Assembly: GCA_963733035.1 (NCBI GenBank)
Contig: CAVTBU010000006.1
Location: 352,001-416,000 of the forward strand
From: Pirellulales bacterium
GTDB lineage: Bacteria > Planctomycetota > Planctomycetia > Pirellulales > PALSA-1355
Direction of reading: 5' to 3'
DNA length: 64,000 nucleotides
Under the pieces are notes generated by a model. That model was not told the DNA's origin and did not search any database. It saw nothing but the letters and a program-made list of their open reading frames with translations. Made by a program: the position numbers and the translations under genes. This document shows positions 1 through 8,271 of the stretch, one piece after another. Position 1 is the first letter of the stretch, and every line of letters starts with the position of its first letter.

Positions 1-402
1 ATTCCGCTGTTGATCGAGCATTTCCTGAAGCAGTTTGCCAAGCGACACCATAAGAAAGTCGATAGTATGTCGGCGGCGGCCCGGCGGCGGTTGATGGCTT
101 TCGAATGGCCCGGCAATGTGCGGCAACTCCGCAACGTCATCGAGAGCATGGTCGTCGTCGACTACGATGGCGTGCTCGACGTGGATGACTTGCCCAGCGA
201 ACTAACTGGTCCGAACGACGAAGTCGAGGATGCCCGCGGAAACAACCTGGCGGGGCTGGTTGGCAAACCTCTGTCAGAAATCGAACGTCTGTTTATCGTC
301 GAAACCCTGCAACAAACCGGCGGCAATCGCGAAGCCGCCGCCGAAATGCTAGGGATCGGACAACGCACCCTGTATCGGAAAATCAAAGAATACAACCTCT
401 GA
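1..402 (+). CDS. Sigma-54-dependent (NtrC/Fis-family) transcriptional activator, C-terminal part; 5' end lies outside the window
   Basis: WPGNVRQL AAA+ motif, then a Fis-type HTH (GGNREAAAEMLGIGQRTLYRKIKEY). Confidence 0.9.
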   Translation: MPLLIEHFLKQFAKRHHKKVDSMSAAARRRLMAFEWPGNVRQLRNVIESMVVVDYDGVLDVDDLPSELTGPNDEVEDARGNNLAGLVGKPLSEIERLFIVETLQQTGGNREAAAEMLGIGQRTLYRKIKEYNL

Positions 403-492
403 TCCGGAGTCGTCGACGGCCGGGTCCCCAGGCCTGGGAAAAACAACCCCTGGGAGCGATCGAGATCCTCGCGACATCTTCGGCCCAGCACC

Positions 493-2358
493 ATGACTTA
501 CATTCGCCAACTCCCGCCGAGCGTCATTAACAAGATCGCCGCCGGCGAGGTGATCGAGCGACCCGCGAGCGTCGTCAAGGAGTTGATGGAGAATTCCATC
601 GATGCGGGTGCTCAGCGGATCGACGTCGCTGTGGAGCAGGGGGGAGTGGAACTGGTGCGGGTGAGTGACGACGGCCGCGGAATTGAGTCCGCGGAGTTGC
701 CGCTGGCCGTGGCCAGTCATGCCACCAGCAAGATTGTCGATGCCGACGATTTGTTTCACGTCCAGTCGCTCGGCTTTCGCGGCGAAGCGCTGGCGTCGAT
801 TGCCGAAGTGAGCCGGATGACGCTTCGCAGTCGGCCCGGCGAGGAATCTGCGGGTGCGGAACTCGAGATCGCTGGGGGGCATGCTTCGCCGATCGTGCCC
901 TGCGGCTGCCCGCGCGGCACAACGATCGAAATTCGGCAGTTGTTCTACAACACGCCGGTCCGGCGCAAGTTCCTTCGTTCCACGCAAACGGAAATTGGGC
1001 ACGTCAGCGAGGCGTTTACGCGAGTGGCGCTCGCCTATCCGAAGGTCCACTGTACGCTCAAGCACAACGGACGCTCGGTTTACGATCTGCCCCCGTCTGT
1101 CGACTGGCGAGATCGGATCGCTGCCTTTTTCGGGCACGATCTGGCTGCCGATTTGATTCCCGTGTCGAGTACCGACCAGGCAGTGCAATTGGCCGGTTAC
1201 GTTGCGAGCCCGAGCCACAGCCGCTCGAACCCCCGCTTGCAATACTTGTTTCTAAACGGTCGCGCGATTCGCGATCGAGCGCTGGGGCATGCCCTCAGCG
1301 AGGCCTACCGCGGGTTGCTGTTGACCGGTCGCTATCCGATCGCTTTCCTGCGGATCGACATGCCGGCCGAAATGGTCGACGTCAACGTCCACCCCACAAA
1401 ACTCGAAGTGCGGTTTCAGGAATCGGGCAAGCTATATGGGCAATTGCTCGGCACGTTGCGCACCAAGTTCTTGTCGACCGATTTAACTGCGCGTCTCCAG
1501 CCGGTCGATCAGAACGAAGCCGCGGCCGCTATCGATCCGCAGCAGGCCGAGATCATGCGGCGTGAGCTGGTCGACTGGGCCAAAGGGCAGCTTCCGTCGT
1601 TCGGCGAAGAACTGGTTTCGCCCGCGCCGCAGACCCAGGCGAGCTTTGACGCTCAGTGGCAGCAGCCGCGTGCTCCGTTGGAATTGAGCACCCTCGATCG
1701 ATCGTGGAAAGCGGTCGAGCCCACGCATGGTGCGGCGGAGTCGGAGACCTCGCCGGAGCCCAACTTCCGGGTCGATTCGCCCTCGAGAGCGGTGAAGGCC
1801 TTGCAACTGCATAACCGCTATCTCATTACTGAGAGCGACGATGGGATGGTTGTGATCGATCAACATGCGCTGCACGAGCGGATTCTGTACGAATACTTGC
1901 GTGAAAAAGTGTTGGCCGGTGCGCTCGAATCGCAGTCGCTGTTGGTGCCCGAGCCAGTTGACTTGAGTCCGGCCGAGGCGGCGGCCGTATTGGACGCACG
2001 CGATTTGTTGGCACAGCTGGGGGTGACTGTCGAACCGTTCGGTGGCGATACGGTGCTGGTATCGAGTTATCCGGCGATGCTCGCAAACCTGCGTCCAGAG
2101 GAAGTCTTGCGAGATTTGGTCGATCACCTCCTGGCTGGCGGTAAATATCCGGAACGACGCGACATGCTTGATTCACTGTTGCACATGATTTCGTGTAAGG
2201 CGGCAATCAAGGCCGGCGACCGACTCAGTCCCGGAGAAATCGCGGCCCTGCTTGAGCAGCGGCACTTGGCCCAAGATACGCATCATTGCCCGCACGGCCG
2301 TCCGACGGCCCTGTTTTTCAGCCGCGAGGAACTGGACCGCCAATTCAAGCGGATTTAA
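493..2358 (+). CDS. mutL: DNA mismatch repair endonuclease MutL
   Basis: IAAGEVIERPASVVKELMENSIDA, LGFRGEAL and DVNVHPTK; endonuclease motifs DQHALHERILYE, SCKAA and CPHGRP. Confidence 0.98.
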   Translation: MTYIRQLPPSVINKIAAGEVIERPASVVKELMENSIDAGAQRIDVAVEQGGVELVRVSDDGRGIESAELPLAVASHATSKIVDADDLFHVQSLGFRGEALASIAEVSRMTLRSRPGEESAGAELEIAGGHASPIVPCGCPRGTTIEIRQLFYNTPVRRKFLRSTQTEIGHVSEAFTRVALAYPKVHCTLKHNGRSVYDLPPSVDWRDRIAAFFGHDLAADLIPVSSTDQAVQLAGYVASPSHSRSNPRLQYLFLNGRAIRDRALGHALSEAYRGLLLTGRYPIAFLRIDMPAEMVDVNVHPTKLEVRFQESGKLYGQLLGTLRTKFLSTDLTARLQPVDQNEAAAAIDPQQAEIMRRELVDWAKGQLPSFGEELVSPAPQTQASFDAQWQQPRAPLELSTLDRSWKAVEPTHGAAESETSPEPNFRVDSPSRAVKALQLHNRYLITESDDGMVVIDQHALHERILYEYLREKVLAGALESQSLLVPEPVDLSPAEAAAVLDARDLLAQLGVTVEPFGGDTVLVSSYPAMLANLRPEEVLRDLVDHLLAGGKYPERRDMLDSLLHMISCKAAIKAGDRLSPGEIAALLEQRHLAQDTHHCPHGRPTALFFSREELDRQFKRI

Positions 2359-2442
2359 CCAGCGCGGTCGTCCGCGTGGGATCCCTTCGGCACTGGCTGG
2401 TTTGTCCGGCTGGAGCCGTATCACGCGGTGCCGGGCAGCCGC

Positions 2443-2448
2443 TATAAT
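2443..2448 (+). promoter_or_regulatory. Putative sigma-70 -10 box for the aroDE-aroK operon
   Basis: Perfect TATAAT about 50 nt upstream of the start, in GC-rich intergenic DNA; no clear -35. Confidence 0.45.
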
Positions 2449-2497
2449 TGAGCTACTTGCTCTTCCATTTCCCTTGGACTGAATTCATTTTCGATTC

Positions 2498-3985
2498 ATG
2501 ATCTGCGTTAGCATTGCCCGCGGTCGCCACCGCCACATGATCGCCGAGCACCGTCATTTGGTCGAGCAAGGCGCTAAGCTCGTGGAGCTGCGGCTCGACT
2601 ATATTAACGGCGAGGTGAACCTCAAGCGATTGCTCGTCGATCGTCCTTCGCCCGTGGTGGCCACCTGTCGCCGCGAACGGGACGGCGGGAAGTGGCCCGG
2701 CAGCGAAGAACAGCGTCTGATGCTGCTGCGCAGCGCAATTGCCGAGGGCGCGGACTACGTCGATCTGGAGGACGACATTGCCGGGCAAATTCCTCGCTAT
2801 GGCAAGACCAAGCGGATCATCAGCCTGCATGACTACCGCAAGACGCCTGACGACTTGGAAGAGATCCATGCTCGGCTGGTCGACTTGGATGCCGACGTTG
2901 TCAAGCTGGCCACCATGGCCAACACGGCTCACGACAATTTGCGAATCCTGCGCCTAATCAAGAACAGCAAGGTGCCCACGGTCGGCATTTGCATGGGCGA
3001 CATTGGCACGCCGTCGCGAATCCTGGCGGGCAGATTCGGCGCGCCTTTTACATTCGCCACGTTTCATCACGAGCGCACGCTTGCGCCAGGTCAGCTCAGC
3101 TTTCAGCAAATGACGGAGATTTACCACTACGATCGGATCAACTCCGAGACGGCGGTTTTCGGCGTAATCGGCGATCCGATCGGACACAGCCTCAGCCCCG
3201 TCGTGCACAACGCAGCCTTCCGACGGATGGAGATCAACGCCGTATATGTGCCGTTCCGCGTGCCGCGCGAACAACTGTCGCAGTTTCTGGCCGATGCGCC
3301 GCAATTGGGCATCAAGGGGCTGAGCGTGACGATTCCGCACAAAGAAACCGTAACCAAAAAGCTGAGCGTAATGGATGAGAGCATGCAGGGCATCGGCGCC
3401 GCCAATACCTTGTTGTTCGGAAACGGAAAGATCACCGGCTTTAACACCGACTACCAAGCCGCCCTTAGCAGCCTCGAAGAAGCGATTGCCGAACATCACG
3501 GTCGCAAGACGGCCCTCGAACATCAAACGGCTCTGGTGCTCGGTGCTGGCGGCGCCGCCAAGGCGATTGCCTACGGACTCAAGAAACTCGGCGCGAGCGT
3601 TGTCATTGCCGGTCGCACGGCCCAACGAGCCCAGCAATTGGCCGAATCGCTAGGCTGCAAAACGGTTGACTGGGCTAATCGTTATTCGTTCATGCCCGAC
3701 GTAATCGTCAATTGCACACCAGTCGGCATGCATCCGAATGTGGACGCCACACCTTACGATCGGCATCATTTGCGCCCGTCGATGGTCGTGTTCGACACGG
3801 TTTACAACCCCGAGAACACGCTGCTGCTGAAGGACGCCCGCAAACAAAGTTGTACCGTGGTCAGCGGCGTCGAGATGTTCGTGCGTCAGGCCTGCCTGCA
3901 GTTCAAACAGTTTACCGGTCAGGAGCCGCCCGCCGATTTGATGCGCGACGTGCTCAAGCGGGCGATCGGTCCAGCACGGTACTAG
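2498..3985 (+). CDS. aroDE: Bifunctional type I 3-dehydroquinate dehydratase / shikimate dehydrogenase
   Basis: N-terminal VELRLD and APGQL; C-terminal GHSLSP, SVTIPHK, NTD, GAGGAA, NCTPVGM, DTVYNP. Confidence 0.95.
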   Translation: MICVSIARGRHRHMIAEHRHLVEQGAKLVELRLDYINGEVNLKRLLVDRPSPVVATCRRERDGGKWPGSEEQRLMLLRSAIAEGADYVDLEDDIAGQIPRYGKTKRIISLHDYRKTPDDLEEIHARLVDLDADVVKLATMANTAHDNLRILRLIKNSKVPTVGICMGDIGTPSRILAGRFGAPFTFATFHHERTLAPGQLSFQQMTEIYHYDRINSETAVFGVIGDPIGHSLSPVVHNAAFRRMEINAVYVPFRVPREQLSQFLADAPQLGIKGLSVTIPHKETVTKKLSVMDESMQGIGAANTLLFGNGKITGFNTDYQAALSSLEEAIAEHHGRKTALEHQTALVLGAGGAAKAIAYGLKKLGASVVIAGRTAQRAQQLAESLGCKTVDWANRYSFMPDVIVNCTPVGMHPNVDATPYDRHHLRPSMVVFDTVYNPENTLLLKDARKQSCTVVSGVEMFVRQACLQFKQFTGQEPPADLMRDVLKRAIGPARY

Positions 3986-3998
3986 ACGGAAACTGGTG

Positions 3999-4540
3999 AT
4001 GAATCTCGTTTTGATCGGATTGCGCGGAACCGGCAAGACCACAGTCGCCCGGCTATTGGGCGAGCGTCTAGGGTGGAGTTGGTTCGATGCGGACGCCGAG
4101 ATTGAAGCCGCGGCCGGCAAGTCGATCAAACGGATCTTCGCCGATGAAGGCGAGCGGGCCTTTCGCGAATGGGAAACCAAAGTCGTCGCCGAGCTTGCAG
4201 GGCGAGAGCGGGCGATCCTGGCCTTGGGGGGGGCGCGATCGTGCGGCCTGAAAACCAGGCAGCCATTTCCAACCAGGGGAAAATTATCTGGCTGACCGCT
4301 TCGCCCGAGACCCTGTGGGCCCGGATTCAGTCCGATGCAATGACGGCAGCCCGACGGCCGAATCTGACCACCAGTGGCGGCATAAACGAGATCATCGCTA
4401 CGCTCGACGCCCGGCGGGACATCTATCGTCAGTGCGCACATTTGGAAATCGATACCGAGGGAAAAACTCCGGTCCAGGTTGCCGACGCTATCCTTGAGCA
4501 GCTGACTCTGCACGAGCCGACGTCGCGACGGTCGTGCTAA
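3999..4540 (+). CDS. aroK: Shikimate kinase, frameshifted in a G8 run at 4226-4233
   Basis: P-loop GLRGTGKTT and GERAFREWE in one frame; GGGA...RPNL...R..IY in the next; one extra G restores ALGGGA. Confidence 0.9.
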
Positions 4541-4588
4541 TTACGATTCTTGTCGGCCTGACGACGGTCCTCGGGACATGGCGTACAC

Positions 4589-5875
4589 GTGAACTTTATA
4601 CTGGCTATTCCGCTTTCCATTCGCCTACTTGGGCTGGCCGTGATCGGTACGATGCTCGGTGCGGTGGTTAATTGGGCCACCTACCGCCTGGCTTGGAATC
4701 GGCGTTCTATCGGTCCCTGGACCAAGCCACTCCCGCACGCGCCACGGCGCAGTCCTACCGACTACCTGCCACTCCTGGGCTGGTTCGGTTTGCGGCGCGA
4801 GGCCCAGCTGCACGGCCGGTTTTTTTGGCTGCGTCCGCTATTGGTCGAACTGGCGTCCGGAATTGCGCTGGCGGCGCTGTACTGCTGGGAGACGCAAAAC
4901 GCTCCTCGGCTGTGGGCCTTCCAAGGCATGCCACTGCCGCCTGGCGGCTTTCTGACAGACAACCTGCCGCTGGCCGAACATCTGCGATTTCTGAGCCACG
5001 CCGCACTGTTGTTTCTGATGCTGGCCGCATCGCTGATCGACCTCGACGAAAAAACGATTCCCGACACGATTACGGTACCAGGCGCGATTGTTGCGATGGC
5101 ACTCGCGACGGCCTATCCTTGGTCGCTATTTCCTGCGGCCCACTTCGCCGCTGGCGGGCGGACGCTGCTGGAGTTTCTCAACATCGACTCACCGCATGAG
5201 TTTCCTCCGTCGCTTGCCGGATCGCAGCCATACGGGCTAGTGACCGCGATGGGGTGTTGGTCGCTGTGGTGCTTTGGGCTCTTGCCTCGGCGATGGAACG
5301 TACGGCGTGGTTGGACGACGGCCATACGAGTTTTTTTTCATCGTTTGCGCAGCGAGTCGCTCACGTATCTATTGTTCGCGCTGTGGCTCGTCGGGGCTCT
5401 ATTGATCTGGCTGGCGGCCCGTTCGCTCGCAGAAGCTCACTGGGCAGGCGTGCTGACGGCGCTGGTCGGGATGACGGCCGGCGGGGGAGTGATCTGGTGC
5501 GTGCGCATCATCGGTAGCGCGGTATTGCGAAAGGAAGCGATGGGATTTGGAGATGTGACGCTGATGGCCATGATCGGTGCCTTCTTGGGCTGGCAGGCAT
5601 GCTTGATGATTTTCTTTGTCGCACCTTTTTTTGGATTGCTTTTTGCCGTGATTACCTTCGTCCTGCACCAGGAACGCGAGATTCCCTACGGTCCGTTTCT
5701 TTGTTTGGGTGCACTGACCGTGATCCTCCGTTGGCCGTCCTTCTGGTCGGGGACGATCGGCGTTTTTGAGCTGGGCTGGCTCGTGCCGCTGATGATTATC
5801 ATGTGCTTCGTGCTGATGGCGTTGCTCCTATGGATGTACACGCTGCTGTCGCGACTATTTGGGAGGCCAGGTTAA
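4589..5875 (+). CDS. Prepilin peptidase (A24, GxGD aspartic type) lacking the N-terminal Cys cluster
   Basis: SLIDLDEKTIPD, AMGFGDVTLM and IPYGPFL; many TM segments. Confidence 0.88.
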   Translation: MNFILAIPLSIRLLGLAVIGTMLGAVVNWATYRLAWNRRSIGPWTKPLPHAPRRSPTDYLPLLGWFGLRREAQLHGRFFWLRPLLVELASGIALAALYCWETQNAPRLWAFQGMPLPPGGFLTDNLPLAEHLRFLSHAALLFLMLAASLIDLDEKTIPDTITVPGAIVAMALATAYPWSLFPAAHFAAGGRTLLEFLNIDSPHEFPPSLAGSQPYGLVTAMGCWSLWCFGLLPRRWNVRRGWTTAIRVFFHRLRSESLTYLLFALWLVGALLIWLAARSLAEAHWAGVLTALVGMTAGGGVIWCVRIIGSAVLRKEAMGFGDVTLMAMIGAFLGWQACLMIFFVAPFFGLLFAVITFVLHQEREIPYGPFLCLGALTVILRWPSFWSGTIGVFELGWLVPLMIIMCFVLMALLLWMYTLLSRLFGRPG

Positions 5876-5959
5876 TCGCCTCGCCGAGGACAAGGCATGC
5901 TGTTTCGCAGCCTAGACTTTAGCGGATGCCAGATTCGCCAATTTAAGGAAGTCGTTTCG

Positions 5960-6466
5960 ATGTGGCTTTCCAGGACACTTCTCGACCCGTTTGGACACGA
6001 CTGCGAGCGGCTTTGCCGGGGGCGGTACGGCGTGATCGAAACCCGCTCCGGCAGACTACACGCGATTCATTTGCGGCCGTGGCCCAAAGTAATCTCGGCG
6101 CTGGAAAGCGAATGGCTGGGGCGCCGCTACCATCGCACGCATCCGGGCGACTGTTGCCTGCTGTACTTTAACCAGCCGTGGCGGTTTCCGAACTACATAG
6201 CCCTGACATTTGTGCTGTCGGGTCGCGATTGTACATTTGCCACCTTCCGTCGCGCGGTGCAAGCACTCGACGAAGTTGCCGAAGTGAAACGGACGGACGC
6301 CCTGCTATGTGACGCCTGGAATTTGCGGATTTCTGACCGGCTGTTTGCCCGCTGGGGCTGGGAGCCCCATAAACCCCAACGCTGGCACCGCAACTTCATC
6401 AAGCGATTCTATGGACACTACCCACGGGCACGGCAGCCGGAATCCGAAGAACTCGTTCGCTGCTAG
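5960..6466 (+). CDS. Hypothetical protein
   Basis: Co-oriented ORF filling the gap, with AAGGAAG upstream of ATG 5960. Confidence 0.7.
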   Translation: MWLSRTLLDPFGHDCERLCRGRYGVIETRSGRLHAIHLRPWPKVISALESEWLGRRYHRTHPGDCCLLYFNQPWRFPNYIALTFVLSGRDCTFATFRRAVQALDEVAEVKRTDALLCDAWNLRISDRLFARWGWEPHKPQRWHRNFIKRFYGHYPRARQPESEELVRC

Positions 6467-6632
6467 CTGCATGCTTGCGAGGTTTCCGATATGGACTTCG
6501 TGCTGGGCAAGAGTCGACAAATTGCTCTTGTGACGCGTCGGTGCTCACACTACCATTCGGCCCTCGTCATCAGGCGCGATCCTAGCGCGGCGGTCGCACA
6601 CGGACTTTCCGTCCAATTGAGTCTCGAGGAGA

Positions 6633-7466
6633 ATGAATATGCGAGTCGTCATGGGGACGACGTCGCTGATTCTGCTTTGCCTGTCGGCCGTTTCCGGCTG
6701 CGCAGAAAGCTCCCTTGCGCTCAAGAACCAGACCAAGGCGCTGCAACAGCAACAGGTTGCCATGCAGCAGCGAAACACCGAGCTGCAGAGCCGTGCTGCC
6801 TCGCTCGATCGTGACAACCAAGAGCTAGAGTCGCTGCTCGCGCAAACGCGGCAGCAGAGCAAGGTGGTCGAAGATCAGTTGGCTGCCGTACGCGAGCAGC
6901 TTTCCACCGCCACGGCGCAACTCGCCCAGGTGCGCGATGAAAAGCAGCTCACCGAGAAGCAGGCCGAAGCTCTGTTGGCTTCTGTCCGCAAACGCAAAGG
7001 CGCGCAGATTACGGCCAACAGCAGCGTGCAGAAGAACCTTCCGGCGCTGAATTTGCCCGGTACCGAGGTTCGCGTCGACGGCGACGTCGTTCGAGTCGAA
7101 CTCCCCGCCTCGAAGCTCTTTCAGCCGGGCTCCACCGTCCTGCAGCCTGTGGCCGGAGCGATGCTCGACAGCGTTGCCGCCGAACTTTCGCGGGCGTATC
7201 CCGATCAGACGATCGGTATTGAAGGCCACACTGACAACGATTTCATCCGCACGCCTGGTGTCGGAGACCACCAGCAGCTGTCGGTTGCGCGGGCCACGGC
7301 CGTGTATCAATATTTGGTGGCGCGAGGTCAGATCCCATCGAACCGCATGTTCATCGTCGGCCACGGCAGCAATCATCCGGTCGTATCGAACGCCACGGCG
7401 GCGGGCAAAGAGCGGAACAACCGCGTCGAGCTGGTTGTCTATCCGGAAAAGGTCACCAGCCGGTAA
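6633..7466 (+). CDS. OmpA/MotB-domain coiled-coil lipoprotein
   Basis: Lipobox-like AVSGC, Q/E-rich coiled coil, IEGHTD...LSVARA...NNRVE; GAGGAG RBS. Confidence 0.88.
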   Translation: MNMRVVMGTTSLILLCLSAVSGCAESSLALKNQTKALQQQQVAMQQRNTELQSRAASLDRDNQELESLLAQTRQQSKVVEDQLAAVREQLSTATAQLAQVRDEKQLTEKQAEALLASVRKRKGAQITANSSVQKNLPALNLPGTEVRVDGDVVRVELPASKLFQPGSTVLQPVAGAMLDSVAAELSRAYPDQTIGIEGHTDNDFIRTPGVGDHQQLSVARATAVYQYLVARGQIPSNRMFIVGHGSNHPVVSNATAAGKERNNRVELVVYPEKVTSR

Positions 7467-7510
7467 TCTCGCGACGTTTCTCGTAGCTGCCCCCAATGCG
7501 GCCAGATGGC

Positions 7511-7516
7511 TATAAT
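7511..7516 (+). promoter_or_regulatory. Putative sigma-70 -10 box upstream of hisH-polA
   Basis: TGGC-TATAAT in the intergenic region. Confidence 0.45.
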
Positions 7517-7612
7517 GGTCAGGGTGCGAACCGACCCTGTCCATAGGCTGTCTTTCACGCGACATGGGTTCCGGTCGCTCCCCTTTCTAGCCGCCGCTGA
7601 GTTTTTCCCTTG

Positions 7613-8218
7613 ATGATTGCAATTATTGACTACCAGATGGGCAATCTGCGGAGCGTCCAAAAGGGGTTTGAGAAGGTCGGTTACCAAGCCACGATTACAA
7701 GCGACCCGGCCGAATTGGCCCGAGCCGACAAAGTTGTGCTGCCCGGCGTGGGGGCTTTTGGCGACGCGATGGCCGAACTACGCCGCCGCGATCTCGTCGA
7801 GCCAATCCGAGACATCGTTGCCTCGGGAACGCCCTTCTTGGGTATCTGCCTGGGCCTGCAACTGCTGTTCGACGTCAGTTTCGAAGGCGGCGAGCATCAG
7901 GGACTGGGCATCCTTCGGGGGCAGGTCGTGCGATTCGAAGTGCCGCCCGAGTTTAAAGTGCCGCACATGGGTTGGAATCAGCTCACCATCCGCCGTCCTG
8001 CGCCGTTGTTGGCGGGACTGTCGGACGGTGTCTACTGTTATTTCGTCCATTCGTACTACGTTGCGCCCAGTGACCCGTCGGTCATCGCCACCGAGACGAA
8101 CTATTCCCGGCCATTTTGCTCGATGGTCTGGCGCGATAATCTATCGGCTGCGCAGTTCCATCCGGAAAAGAGCCAGAGCGACGGCCTGCGGATGCTCAAG
8201 AACTTTGCCGAGCTTTAG
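7613..8218 (+). CDS. hisH: Imidazole glycerol phosphate synthase glutaminase subunit
   Basis: GNLRSV, LPGVGAF, GICLGLQ, VPHMGWN, FVHSY, QFHPEKS. Confidence 0.97.
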   Translation: MIAIIDYQMGNLRSVQKGFEKVGYQATITSDPAELARADKVVLPGVGAFGDAMAELRRRDLVEPIRDIVASGTPFLGICLGLQLLFDVSFEGGEHQGLGILRGQVVRFEVPPEFKVPHMGWNQLTIRRPAPLLAGLSDGVYCYFVHSYYVAPSDPSVIATETNYSRPFCSMVWRDNLSAAQFHPEKSQSDGLRMLKNFAEL

Positions 8219-8271
8219 CGGCCGAACCTGGGCCGCAATATCCGTGGGCCACACATCGCGGAGAGTTTCTC

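Noticed and set aside
2498..3985. aroD-aroE fusion as a novelty
   Set aside because: Already known in planctomycetes, chlamydiae and plants.
4226..4233. Phase variation of aroK through the G8 tract
   Set aside because: aroK is a core biosynthetic gene, and six other genes show similar indels; a homopolymer sequencing error is simpler.
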